Shown: positions 1 through 9,991, counted from the stretch's first letter. The stretch is 51,545 nt of DNA from Promethearchaeota archaeon (GCA_048938445.1 JBHLME010000013.1:1-51545), one strand, 5' to 3'. Notes: generated by a model not told the origin, from the sequence alone. Program-made: numbers and translations.

Positions 1-1940
1 AAAGAGCTCTAATGAATGTCATACCAGAAAACACGATAACAAGAAACATTAATCCTATCATAACGAGGGAGCAATATATAGGATTTAACAAGACTGATCC
101 TATCAAAAACGGGCAAATAGTGTTATTTAAAATACACGGTTCAAAAAAAAATATAATAACCGGAGTTGACACTTCACAATCATTAGTCACTACGCTATCT
201 GCTTTGGGTAAAGACCGAGAAGAAGGTAAAACATTTACCATAGAAGCGTATAAAAAACCAGCAATTTATCAAGTATTAGAAAATAGAACACTCGTTGTTT
301 TAGGATATTCTGGAAGCGATGATTTTGATATCGCACCGTTTATCAAGGAATTAAAGACATGCAAAAAGATCATTTGGATCGATCACGATGCTTCTAAGAA
401 GGACTCAAATTCTTCTGAAATATTTAATTACAACGCCCTAAAGAGTAAAATCGAATCAAATCAAGCCTCAAAGCAAGAAAAATTTCTTTTCGATATTAAA
501 TCAGAAAATAACATTGAAATCATTCTTATAAAGACAAATACCGCAGTTTATGTATCGGAGGTGCTTTGGTCTCTCTTAATAGATACCTTTTCAAAACCAA
601 AGCTCCCAGATGTAACCGAAAAGACACCACAGGCATTTAGGGAATATCTAAAGAGTTTAAAGGTCTATAGTGAAATCAACTCTTTCACGAAATACTTATT
701 TGCTATAAATATTTACGAAGGGTTAGGAGAATGGAAAAAGGCTCTTCGTTCGGCAAGAAAGGGATTAGAACTCGCAATATCTGAAGGGAATAAAAAACAA
801 GAAGGGGAATTTCTAATAAAGGTTGGTGCTCAATTAATTTACGATTCTAAGCTAGAAGAAGCGCTGAATTTGATCTTGGAAGCCAAAAAGATTCATGATG
901 AACTTCATGATTACGATGGGATTGTTACATGTATTAGTGCTATTGGTAACATTTTATTTTCGATAGCAAAATTTGAGGAAGCATTCGATTTTTTCAAGCA
1001 AGCTTTTGATCTTATAGATAAGGTTAGTGATATCGAGGATAAGACCGCCATAATGATAAATTTGGGATCCATCCAAGATACAATTGGAGATAGAGAATCT
1101 GCCTTGAGTTCCTATAAAAAAGCATTGAACTTCGCAAATCAATCGGGACAATTAGACGATAAAGCCATAATTCTTAAACACATTGGTCTCGTTCAGATGA
1201 GTCTTTTGGAATACAAGGAGGCCATAAATTATTTCAAGCAATCCTTTGAAATTTTCGAATTAATCGGAGATTTACGCGAATTAGCTGGATTATACAATTT
1301 AATGGGAATGACATATTTTAAAATGGAAGATTACAAAAATACCCTTGATTGTTTTTTCACGGGGATACAATTGGCAATAGACATTGGATCCTTGAAAATG
1401 CAAGCAATAATTGCCCTTCAATTAGCAAAGTATTACGACTTTGCAGAATTGGAGGAAGAAGCGACGCAATACTTTCAAGCAGCAATGGAACTCGTGGAAA
1501 AAGTAGAAGACATCGAAATTAAGATGCAATGTTTAAGCGAAGTTGCTATTTCATGCTATAACAAAAAAGCATATGATGTTGCTTTAGATTATTTTGATAT
1601 TGAATTGATCCTTGCCCGCGAAACAGGCAATAACCTTTATATTAATCAAGCGCTCGAATGGATGGCGGCAATATATTTAGAATTATCCGATTACAAAAAA
1701 GCACAAGAAATTTACGCTGAAATCATTGATCTTATTGATAAAAGCGGTGATGTTAATAAAAAAGCAGACTATCTAATGAATTTAGGTAAGAATTGGTATG
1801 AAACGACCAACAACATTCAACAATCAATAACATACCTGCAAGAATCTCAAAAAATTTACGAAAATCAAGCTAAAAACGATATGGTTAAACAAATTCGAGA
1901 GGAGATTAAAAACATCAAGGAACGTTCAAAATCAGAATGA
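1..1940 (+). CDS. SIR2-like domain + TPR-repeat protein, 5'-truncated by the window edge
   Basis: The frame is open upstream of ATG 12 (R-A-L-M). SIR2_2-type motifs are LFKIHGS and VVLGYSGSDDFDI. The C-terminal ~420 aa are TPR repeats (e.g. NLGSIQDTIGDRESALSSYKKAL). Confidence 0.8.
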   Translation, partial: RALMNVIPENTITRNINPIITREQYIGFNKTDPIKNGQIVLFKIHGSKKNIITGVDTSQSLVTTLSALGKDREEGKTFTIEAYKKPAIYQVLENRTLVVLGYSGSDDFDIAPFIKELKTCKKIIWIDHDASKKDSNSSEIFNYNALKSKIESNQASKQEKFLFDIKSENNIEIILIKTNTAVYVSEVLWSLLIDTFSKPKLPDVTEKTPQAFREYLKSLKVYSEINSFTKYLFAINIYEGLGEWKKALRSARKGLELAISEGNKKQEGEFLIKVGAQLIYDSKLEEALNLILEAKKIHDELHDYDGIVTCISAIGNILFSIAKFEEAFDFFKQAFDLIDKVSDIEDKTAIMINLGSIQDTIGDRESALSSYKKALNFANQSGQLDDKAIILKHIGLVQMSLLEYKEAINYFKQSFEIFELIGDLRELAGLYNLMGMTYFKMEDYKNTLDCFFTGIQLAIDIGSLKMQAIIALQLAKYYDFAELEEEATQYFQAAMELVEKVEDIEIKMQCLSEVAISCYNKKAYDVALDYFDIELILARETGNNLYINQALEWMAAIYLELSDYKKAQEIYAEIIDLIDKSGDVNKKADYLMNLGKNWYETTNNIQQSITYLQESQKIYENQAKNDMVKQIREEIKNIKERSKSE

Positions 1941-2242
1941 ACTTTAATTTTCATACATTAGAAATCCTAATTATTAAGATTGTAAATACCTCTTTTAATA
2001 AATCTATTTGAATTTAATATTCCAAATTTATTTTTGAATTTAAAAATTATCAGGTTTTATTATTTCTAGCTTTTGATCTTCAGAAATGTCCAAACGATTA
2101 AAAATTATAATATAATAAGTTTAAATATATTTGTTGCCATCTGGTAAATAGACATAAAAATATAATAATTTTCCTACTTTTATAATCTATATTCAATTTT
2201 TTAATCAATAACAATGAGATATTATTAAAATATCGGATAAAA

Positions 2243-3460
2243 ATGGCAGATATCGTAATTTTAAGTATTTTTGATTTATATATTAACAGTTTAGCCATGG
2301 TTCTTTTATTATTTACCGCTTTTCGTTATTTTGGATTAGCAAGAAGAAATGAGAATCAAAAAGAGCGCGATATTTTAAAAGCATATATAAGTATGTTTTT
2401 TGGATTTGCGAGTTATTTTATCTTAACTAACATTAGTTTTTTATTCTTGACAAATAGTTATGAAGATTATTTATTTTGGGGTAATTTCGAAAACCTTTCA
2501 TTAGTTTATATTTGGTTAACCAAGAGCGCTATGGGCTCATATTTCGGTGGCCTATTATTATATTTTTATAGATATGAAAGAGTAATGAACAAAAAAATCT
2601 ATTCATTAACAATAATTTCAGTCATAGTTGTATTGATAGTATTTATAGCACCTGAAGATTTTGTATTTTATAATTTTCAGCCCGTTATTTTTGCCATTAT
2701 CGGATTATTATTTCTGCATTCTCTTTTTAAACTTACAAAATGGTCTCAAAAGCAACTTAGGGCAGCAAATTCTTTTATCATTGTAGGGAGTTGGTTCATG
2801 GGGACTTACGTGGGGTATATTAGTCCTGTAGCATTATCTTTAGGAGTAATATCCGTATTATTATTCCCTATTTTTATTAATATCGGTATTCTTATTTCTA
2901 TGGCTCCCACAATCTTTAAACCTGAGTTTTTCTCACGAAAAATTAGCTACTGGTATTTATTTAGTATTTTCATAATAAGCATGGAATTGTTAAGCTTAAT
3001 TTATACGATTTATATGACAACAGAAATAACATACATATTTTCACCACTTATATTAATAATCTTTTTTATAATAGAATGTTCATTCTTAATTAGGTATATC
3101 AAGCATGAGGATACTCAAGGTAATAAAGAAATTGCAGATATTGGGATAGTTAGCGTGTTCACTCGTCCTGATAACATAACTGAGGAGGAAATATCCATAT
3201 CAAAAGAAAAAAAAATTTGTTTAACATGTAAGAATAAACTTGGTAGATTCATGTACATGTGTCCCGACTGTCATACTTTTTACTGTGAAAAATGTGTTAG
3301 GATTTTAAGCGATCTCGAAAATATCTGTTGGATCTGTTATACACCCTTTGATGAAAGTAAACCATATACACTTCCAGAACAAAAAGAAGAGGAAGAGGAG
3401 CCAATAATTGATCATAAAGCTTTAGATCAGAAAATTAAAGATGATTTAAAAGAAAAATAA
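2243..3460 (+). CDS. Multi-pass membrane protein with C-terminal 8-Cys RING-like zinc finger
   Basis: About 9 hydrophobic segments, then C-x2-C-x10-C-x2-C-x4-C-x2-C-x10-C-x2-C and an acidic tail. Confidence 0.75.
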   Translation: MADIVILSIFDLYINSLAMVLLLFTAFRYFGLARRNENQKERDILKAYISMFFGFASYFILTNISFLFLTNSYEDYLFWGNFENLSLVYIWLTKSAMGSYFGGLLLYFYRYERVMNKKIYSLTIISVIVVLIVFIAPEDFVFYNFQPVIFAIIGLLFLHSLFKLTKWSQKQLRAANSFIIVGSWFMGTYVGYISPVALSLGVISVLLFPIFINIGILISMAPTIFKPEFFSRKISYWYLFSIFIISMELLSLIYTIYMTTEITYIFSPLILIIFFIIECSFLIRYIKHEDTQGNKEIADIGIVSVFTRPDNITEEEISISKEKKICLTCKNKLGRFMYMCPDCHTFYCEKCVRILSDLENICWICYTPFDESKPYTLPEQKEEEEEPIIDHKALDQKIKDDLKEK

Positions 3461-3665
3461 TAACAATTAAAATCGGATATATTAACTCAATTAGGAATTT
3501 GTCTTTAACTTCTAAGATATTGATACAAATTCAATAGTCGTCAAAATCAAGTATTTGAAAAAATCAAAATGGATTTTAATTTACTATATTTGAAATTATA
3601 TATCTAAATGAGTCGATTTATTGAGTAATGCAATACTCATGTAATTTATAATATTTTTTTTAAAT

Positions 3666-3953
3666 TTAAATTAAAACCTTACAAATCGGGCACACGTGAG
3701 AATTTATCAAGACAAATCTATCTGTCTGAATAATAATACCCGAACGGCCAAGATCTTTAGTTAGTTTCAATGTTTCAGAATAATCCTTTAAAATAATCTC
3801 ATCTCGAGCAAGTTTGACAGAATCTTGCATTATTGAAAATTCTTCTAATGGTTCTCCATCCTCATCGTCAAGAAACAACGCGAGTTGCCCATTCGCATAT
3901 CGTTCCTTGCGAAAATTTTTTTTTGAATGCTTTTGACTTTGAAACATGTCCAT
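3666..3953 (-). CDS. Hypothetical protein (95 aa)
   Basis: ATG ORF with a GAGGAG-like site upstream and C-terminal VCPICKV. A degraded copy of its 3' end lies at 4698-4763. Confidence 0.65.
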   Translation of the reverse strand: MDMFQSQKHSKKNFRKERYANGQLALFLDDEDGEPLEEFSIMQDSVKLARDEIILKDYSETLKLTKDLGRSGIIIQTDRFVLINSHVCPICKVLI

Positions 3954-4106
3954 ACTCCTCTTGAAAGGATTTCATTATTTTACCAATAAAATACCAATTG
4001 GTATAAAAATACTTATTTTGGGATTAATAATGCAAATTTGCAGGGGTATTTAAAAGGAAATAGTATTGAAATTTTGAAATTTTTTATACATACCTAAAAT
4101 ATTTTA

Positions 4107-4556
4107 TCAAAATCCTTTATCATCTAAACAACTATTACAGAGAGCATCACACTTTTTAATATAAAAATTATCTCGTCTTACATGGAAAAATTCAACTTTC
4201 TCAAATTTACTTTTAACACGATAGACTTTCTCGCATAACTCAGAAAGATGACTTGCTTTAATTCGATAATCTTTATTTATCTGTTTAATCACGAGTTTGC
4301 TGTCAGAATATACTCTTACTTGCCATCGTGTAAATTTTTCAGCAGCTCTTAATGCATTGATGATTGCCGTGTATTCTGCGATATTATTTGTCTGCTCTCC
4401 AATAAATCCGCAGCCTTGGTGAATTTCTCCATCATCTTTTTTAACGAATATAAATGCATAAGCAGAGGGGCCTTTATTTCCTCGTGAAGCACCATCAACG
4501 TATATTTCCAGGATGTCCTCTCTTTTAATTGGGTTTTTATTCAATTTACTACCCAT
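4107..4556 (-). CDS. rnhA: Ribonuclease HI (archaeal-like RNase HI family)
   Basis: YVDGASRGNKG, TNNIAEYTA, VYSDSKLV and the C-terminal N..CDALCN supply the D/E/D/D catalytic set. Confidence 0.9.
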   Translation of the reverse strand: MGSKLNKNPIKREDILEIYVDGASRGNKGPSAYAFIFVKKDDGEIHQGCGFIGEQTNNIAEYTAIINALRAAEKFTRWQVRVYSDSKLVIKQINKDYRIKASHLSELCEKVYRVKSKFEKVEFFHVRRDNFYIKKCDALCNSCLDDKGF

Positions 4557-4697
4557 TAAAATTTATGTAATTTTGATATTATTAAAGTAAATTATTATAG
4601 CTTATTTAAATTCTGAAGGTATCCAGACTTTCTATAAAATATCAGCTGAAAGTTTTTATATTTAAATATCAAAATGATTCTTGAGATCTTGATTTTT

Positions 4698-4763
4698 TTA
4701 AAATAAGACCTTACAATTGGAGCACACACCTGAGATTCGACCAAGATAGATTTATCTGTCAGA
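4698..4763 (-). pseudogene. Degraded fragment of the 3' end of the 95-aa gene (3666-3729)
   Basis: Manual alignment gives 50/64 identical nt plus a 2-nt insertion. It reads LTDKSILVESQVC.../CSNCKVLF* versus QTDRFVLINSHVCPICKVLI*. Confidence 0.75.
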
Positions 4764-4795
4764 CTTGTTACTAAATTTGTAATTAATAACTAAAA

Positions 4796-6304
4796 TTACT
4801 TTTTACTAAAAACCCTCTTATAATATTGGGGGAAATCATCAATATCTTCCTCATTTATCTCAATTCTTGCGATGTTTTGTGCTAATAACTTTTTAAATTC
4901 TAATTCCATCTTTCTAAAGAGGACAATTCTTTGAGCTTGGGGTGATCCTGCCCCATGCATCGATTCAGTCAAATACGCTACAGCATTTCTTCCTAAAGAC
5001 ATGTTTTCAATTAATCTAAGAATTTTTGCTCGATTTTCTACAGATATACCCCTCCTACCTTTCAGATATTTGTCCAATAATGGATGCTCCTCCTCATTTT
5101 TAAAATCTTTTTCAGAAGGTAAAGTCACCACCAAGCCACCAGCAATATCTTGAGCTAATCGGCATAATTCATATGGAAATCGTGTCACGTGTTGCTTACA
5201 AGTGTTTGCTAATATCTCATCGCACATCCATACTCCCGAGTCAAGTTGATAAGATTGATAAGACGCTGCTATTCCCGTACCGTAAATCGTTTCATTTAAA
5301 TGAGTCATCTCAACAAGTTTATCCTTAATATGAGCCTTATTAGGTACGCCATTATAATCTGCTATAGTGGCCGTAGCTCCAATTAGAACATCTCCCAATC
5401 CCGACTTGCATACATAACTACGTCGATGATAATTAGTAAATCTCTCAACGAGTGGTCCCGCAAATTCATATTCACCATTCAAAAATATGAGATTATTTGG
5501 AATGAAAACGCGGTTAAATATAACCAATGCTTCCTGTCCAGAAAATAAATAATTACCTGTATCAATCTGAGAGCCTTCTAAATGTCGTAAATCATTTGAT
5601 TGACGACCATAAATATAAGTGATATTCGGATCATCAACAGGGATGGCACCCGAAATTGCATAATCTTTATCATTTTCGGTGAGACTTGTATTTGGCATGA
5701 TGATTAACCAATGGGAATTAATGCAACCAGTTTGATGAGCTTTAGCTCCTGAAACATATACTCCCTTTTCATTCTTATCAACTACATGAACGCATAAATC
5801 AGGATCCTCTTGTTCATGAGGTTTCTTGCTCCTATCACCCTTAGGATCTGTCATGGCGCCCCCTATTACGATATTCTTTTCTTGAGCCATTTTTACAAAT
5901 TCTAGGAAATTTTGATGATATGAAGTATTGTATTCTTTATCAATATCATATGTAATAGAATGAAGGGTGTTTATCGCATCCATGCCAACGCATCTTTGGA
6001 AGCATGTTCCCGTGAGTTGTCCTAATCTTCTCTGCATTTTATTTTGAAATACAACATCTTTGGGTTTCTCGCAAACATGTAGAAACCGATTCACCCTTTT
6101 ACCTATAATGGATGAATGAGCAGTAGCAAGATCTTCATCATTACTAGCTAATTCATAGGTTTTTGCAACAGCATTTATAGATGGCTTAATTATAGGGTGA
6201 TCGACAATATTTTTTATCAATTCTCCAAAGAGATATACCTTAAGATTTCTATTTCTTAAACTCTCTCTATATTGTTCTGCCGATTTTATCGGTTTTTCCA
6301 ACAT
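4796..6304 (-). CDS. abfD: 4-hydroxybutyryl-CoA dehydratase (HpaB/AbfD family, FAD + 4Fe-4S)
   Basis: TGTCFQRCVGMDA and YHRRSYVCKSG give the Cys/Cys/His/Cys cluster ligands typical of AbfD. Also AMTDPKGDRS and ESMHGAGSPQAQ. Confidence 0.88.
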   Translation of the reverse strand: MLEKPIKSAEQYRESLRNRNLKVYLFGELIKNIVDHPIIKPSINAVAKTYELASNDEDLATAHSSIIGKRVNRFLHVCEKPKDVVFQNKMQRRLGQLTGTCFQRCVGMDAINTLHSITYDIDKEYNTSYHQNFLEFVKMAQEKNIVIGGAMTDPKGDRSKKPHEQEDPDLCVHVVDKNEKGVYVSGAKAHQTGCINSHWLIIMPNTSLTENDKDYAISGAIPVDDPNITYIYGRQSNDLRHLEGSQIDTGNYLFSGQEALVIFNRVFIPNNLIFLNGEYEFAGPLVERFTNYHRRSYVCKSGLGDVLIGATATIADYNGVPNKAHIKDKLVEMTHLNETIYGTGIAASYQSYQLDSGVWMCDEILANTCKQHVTRFPYELCRLAQDIAGGLVVTLPSEKDFKNEEEHPLLDKYLKGRRGISVENRAKILRLIENMSLGRNAVAYLTESMHGAGSPQAQRIVLFRKMELEFKKLLAQNIARIEINEEDIDDFPQYYKRVFSKK

Positions 6305-6450
6305 TTTATCTCTCCAACTTTAAATTAAATATTACTTTCAATTACAATTTCTATTAGACTTAGTATTTTTTAGTTTAAGTACTAAATCCTTATAATTCTA
6401 AAGTTAAGCTGTTATCTCTATTTTTAAATTAATATTCAATTCAATATTAG

Positions 6451-6570
6451 TTATTTTTTTTGTTTGGATTTCTTTTTGAAATATCCTGGCCAACAATATG
6501 GGCAAGGGCCACTCCCGATATATTTATGACCCCTACTACAAACTTTTTCCTTCGTTTGTTTATCATTCAC
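6451..6570 (-). CDS. Small Cys/His peptide (39 aa), not in the ORF track
   Basis: GTG start 6 nt after the VOC gene stop. Translates as MNDKQTKEKVCSRGHKYIGSGPCPYCWPGYFKKKSKQKK; GC is locally elevated. Confidence 0.6.
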   Translation of the reverse strand: MNDKQTKEKVCSRGHKYIGSGPCPYCWPGYFKKKSKQKK

Positions 6571-6576
6571 TACTGA

Positions 6577-6996
6577 TCAACTCTCTTTTTTAGATGGATC
6601 CATCCAAAAAAACGCCCATTGATGTCCATCTAAATCTTCAAAATATCGACCATATAACCACCCATAGTCTTCTGTTTCTCTGAATTCTTTTCCTCCAGCA
6701 TCATTTACCTTATCCATCATAAAATCTACTCTTTCCTTACTATCTTCAGTTATAGCTATTATCACTTCTGAATTTTTATCGGTTTCAGGAATTTCCTTTT
6801 TGGTAAACGTTTTAAAGTATTTATTAACAAGTAGCATCACATAGATATCATCTCCAACAATTATGCAAGTGGAATTTTCGTCTGTAAATTTAGGGTTGAA
6901 TTTGAAACCTAGTTTAGTAAAAAATTCAATTGATTTTTCTAAGTCTTTTACTGGTAGATTCAAATAGATTTGAGAGTTCAATTTCATCACCATCAA
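6577..6996 (-). CDS. VOC/glyoxalase family protein
   Basis: IYLNLPVKDLEKSIEFFTKLGF and YGRYFEDLDGHQW. Confidence 0.88.
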   Translation of the reverse strand: MMVMKLNSQIYLNLPVKDLEKSIEFFTKLGFKFNPKFTDENSTCIIVGDDIYVMLLVNKYFKTFTKKEIPETDKNSEVIIAITEDSKERVDFMMDKVNDAGGKEFRETEDYGWLYGRYFEDLDGHQWAFFWMDPSKKES

Positions 6997-7542
6997 TTGT
7001 TATTTGATTCAGTTTTATCAGAAAAAGGTAATTTATTCAAAAAGATAAAGCATTATTCTAAAATGAGAGAATTTTATTCATTTTAAAGAACCATTATGAC
7101 TTATCTTTAAATTCTTCGATGCTATTCATAGAAAATTTTACCTTTCTCATAACTTTTTAATAATTAATTAGAAGAAATTTATTACTTTAAACCTTTTTTG
7201 AATGAAATATTCACAAAATTTGTCTTTCAATGATAAATTATATTATAGTCTTGAAATGCATTAATAAAATCTAGAGGAAAAGACTAAGGCTTTAGAACTC
7301 TCAAGAGATAACTAGAGTACTAACCCTTTTATTGATAAATACATCTGATTTCTCTTCAAAATTAATCAAATGAACACGCTGTCTATAATTTATAAATTTT
7401 CCAATTAATTTCATTTATTCTCAAATTAGAATGTTGAAAATTGTTAAAAAATTATGATGAAAGTGTTTAAAACTTAGGTATGTAAGATGTACATTAATAG
7501 ATATTTAACATCTAAAGTAAGTTATATATTGAGGCGAATGTT

Positions 7543-8442
7543 TTGACGTTTGTAAGACCATTATATGTATTGGTAACAGGTGCTACTGGTAAGCAAGGTG
7601 GTTCTGTGGTACAATCTCTTTTGGATTTTGGACACCGAGTACGAGGCTTAACTCGAGTCCCTGAATCAAAAAAAGCGATATCTCTCGAAGAACAAGGAGT
7701 AGAAATAGTAAAAGGAGACTTTAAAAAACCCGATACCATTAGAAAAGCATTGGAAGGTGTAGATGCCATTTTTTTAATGGGAACGCCTTTTGAAGGTGGT
7801 GTAGAAGAAGAAACTGATTTAGGAATTACCGTGGTTGATATAGCTAAAGAAGTCGGTGTAAAACATTTAGTATATTCCTCTGTAGGGAGCGCTCATAAAA
7901 ATACTAGTATCCCTCATTTTGACAGTAAATTTAAAGTAGAAGAATACATAAGAGATATTGACATCCCTCATACTATTATCCGTCCCGTATTTTTCATGGA
8001 AAATTTTTTCGCACCCTGGACATTTCCAGGACTTAAAGAAGGCAGAATTACAGCCCCAATGAAACCTGATAGAAAATTAGCAATGATTGCAGTTCGGGAT
8101 ATTGGTAGGTTTGCGGTCCATGTCTTTGAAAATAGAGATAAATTTTTAGGGAAATCCATTGATATTGCCTCTGATGAACATACCCATGAAGAAATTGCTC
8201 GAAAACTTTCACGGGTAATAGGGCGTAAGATTAAATTTTATGAACAATCAAGTGATGATGCTAAGGCACTAGGTGAAGACATGGTTAAAATGTACAAGTG
8301 GTTTAATGAAATTGGATATGATATTGATTTAGAAGAATTAAATCGCAATTATCCCACAATTAAATGGACGAGCTTTGATGATTGGGCAGAAGACCAAGAT
8401 TGGACCGTACTAGAACAACCATTAGCACCAGATATATCTTAA
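7543..8442 (+). CDS. NmrA/HSCARG family NAD(P)-binding protein
   Basis: VLVTGATGKQGGSV, HLVYSSV, PHFDSKFKVEEY and IRPVFFMEN. Confidence 0.9.
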   Translation: MTFVRPLYVLVTGATGKQGGSVVQSLLDFGHRVRGLTRVPESKKAISLEEQGVEIVKGDFKKPDTIRKALEGVDAIFLMGTPFEGGVEEETDLGITVVDIAKEVGVKHLVYSSVGSAHKNTSIPHFDSKFKVEEYIRDIDIPHTIIRPVFFMENFFAPWTFPGLKEGRITAPMKPDRKLAMIAVRDIGRFAVHVFENRDKFLGKSIDIASDEHTHEEIARKLSRVIGRKIKFYEQSSDDAKALGEDMVKMYKWFNEIGYDIDLEELNRNYPTIKWTSFDDWAEDQDWTVLEQPLAPDIS

Positions 8443-8497
8443 CTTCATTTTTTTTTTTTGAATAAATATATTAAAATTATACAATAAAGGTGAGTCG

Positions 8498-9391
8498 ATG
8501 CAAAAGATAATACCAAACTTGTGGTTTGATGACCAAGCTGAAGAAGCTGTTAAATTTTATATCTCTCTTTTTAAGAACTCGCAAATGAGGGACATCAGCC
8601 GTTATGGAGAAGCAGGCGCAGAAGTATCCGGGAGACCAATAGGATCAGTCATGACGATTGATTTCATACTTGATGGGCAAGAATTTACCGCATTAAATGG
8701 TGGTCCAATATTCAAATTTTCACCTGCCATATCATTTTTCGTAAACTGCGAGACTCAAAAAGAATTTGACAATTTGTGGAATGCTCTCTCAAATGGAGGT
8801 AAAATTCTCATGGAAAAAGGCACCTATCCATTTAGTGAAAAATTTGGGTGGCTTAATGATAAATATGGCGTTTCATGGCAATTAAATTTAGGACCTCGTG
8901 AAAAAAAAATAACTCCATTTCTAATGTTTATAGGAGATCAACACGGAAGGGCCGAAGAAGCAATAAAATTATATACTTCCCTGATCAAGAATTCTCGTAT
9001 CATTAATATCATTCGCTACGGGGAGGAAGAAGCAGAGTTGGAAGGAACGGTAAATCACGCAATTTTTACACTTGATGGTCAGGAATTTATGGCGATTGAT
9101 AGCAGTATAGAACATCCCTTTACTTTCACACATGGAATATCATTTATGGTGAATTGTGAGACACAGGAAGAAGTCGATGAGCTTTGGAGTAAATTATCTG
9201 AGAATGGAGAAAAGGAGCCATGTGGGTGGCTTAAAGATAAATTTGGAATATCGTGGCAAATAATACCAACTTTATTAGGAGAATTGCTGAAAGATCCCAA
9301 TCCTGAAAAAACTAAAAATGTGATGGAAGCAATGTTAAAAATGGGAAAAATTGAGATAAAAAAGTTAAAGAAAGCGTACGAACAAGGTTAA
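8498..9391 (+). CDS. Two-domain VOC protein (PhnB / 3-demethylubiquinone-9 3-methyltransferase-like)
   Basis: Internal duplication: KIIPNLWF...AEEAVKFY...GWLNDKYGVSWQ and KITPFLMF...AEEAIKLY...GWLKDKFGISWQ. Confidence 0.88.
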   Translation: MQKIIPNLWFDDQAEEAVKFYISLFKNSQMRDISRYGEAGAEVSGRPIGSVMTIDFILDGQEFTALNGGPIFKFSPAISFFVNCETQKEFDNLWNALSNGGKILMEKGTYPFSEKFGWLNDKYGVSWQLNLGPREKKITPFLMFIGDQHGRAEEAIKLYTSLIKNSRIINIIRYGEEEAELEGTVNHAIFTLDGQEFMAIDSSIEHPFTFTHGISFMVNCETQEEVDELWSKLSENGEKEPCGWLKDKFGISWQIIPTLLGELLKDPNPEKTKNVMEAMLKMGKIEIKKLKKAYEQG

Positions 9392-9473
9392 AATGAATAT
9401 TATACATCAATTAAAAAAATACATATAACTTCTATTAACTTGAAAAAAAATATTGAACTAATAAAATTTAGAG

Positions 9474-9932
9474 GTGATAAAAATACTTCAAGTAGGTGAC
9501 AATGTTCCTTTTGATATAGAATTGCTTGATCAAGACGGAGAAGTGGTTAAATTAGCAGACTATAAAGGAAAAAAACTGATAATATATTTTTACCCAAAAG
9601 ACGACACGCCTGGATGCACGACGGAGGCAAAAAATTTTCGAGATTCAATTAAAGAATATGAAGGAAAAGGAATTGCAATCATAGGAATAAGTGCTGATTC
9701 CATAAAGTCACACAAGAAGTTTCAAGAAAAGTATAACCTTCCTTTTACACTTCTTTCTGATCCAGAAAAAAAAGTAGCTAAAATATTTGGAGCTCTTGAA
9801 GATGGAAGGGTACGCCGTCGAACTTGGTTAATTAATGAACAAGGTGTAATCGAAAAAGTGTTTGAAAAAGTTTCAGCTTCAAAACATAATGAAGAACTAT
9901 GTACCTATTATGGTATCAAACGAATCATGTAA
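9474..9932 (+). CDS. bcp: Peroxiredoxin, BCP/PrxQ family
   Basis: YFYPKDDTPGCTTEA peroxidatic motif and FTLLSD. Confidence 0.9.
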   Translation: MIKILQVGDNVPFDIELLDQDGEVVKLADYKGKKLIIYFYPKDDTPGCTTEAKNFRDSIKEYEGKGIAIIGISADSIKSHKKFQEKYNLPFTLLSDPEKKVAKIFGALEDGRVRRRTWLINEQGVIEKVFEKVSASKHNEELCTYYGIKRIM

Positions 9933-9991
9933 TTTTTTTAAAATTTTATCAAAAAAATCAATTAATTTGCTTTGCATTTCCAAAATATGAG

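Noticed and set aside
3622-3639. Near-palindrome TGAGTAATGCAATACTCA (also ACTAGTACTAGT near 31200)
   Set aside because: Single short palindromes between convergent genes; possibly terminators, but not supportable further.
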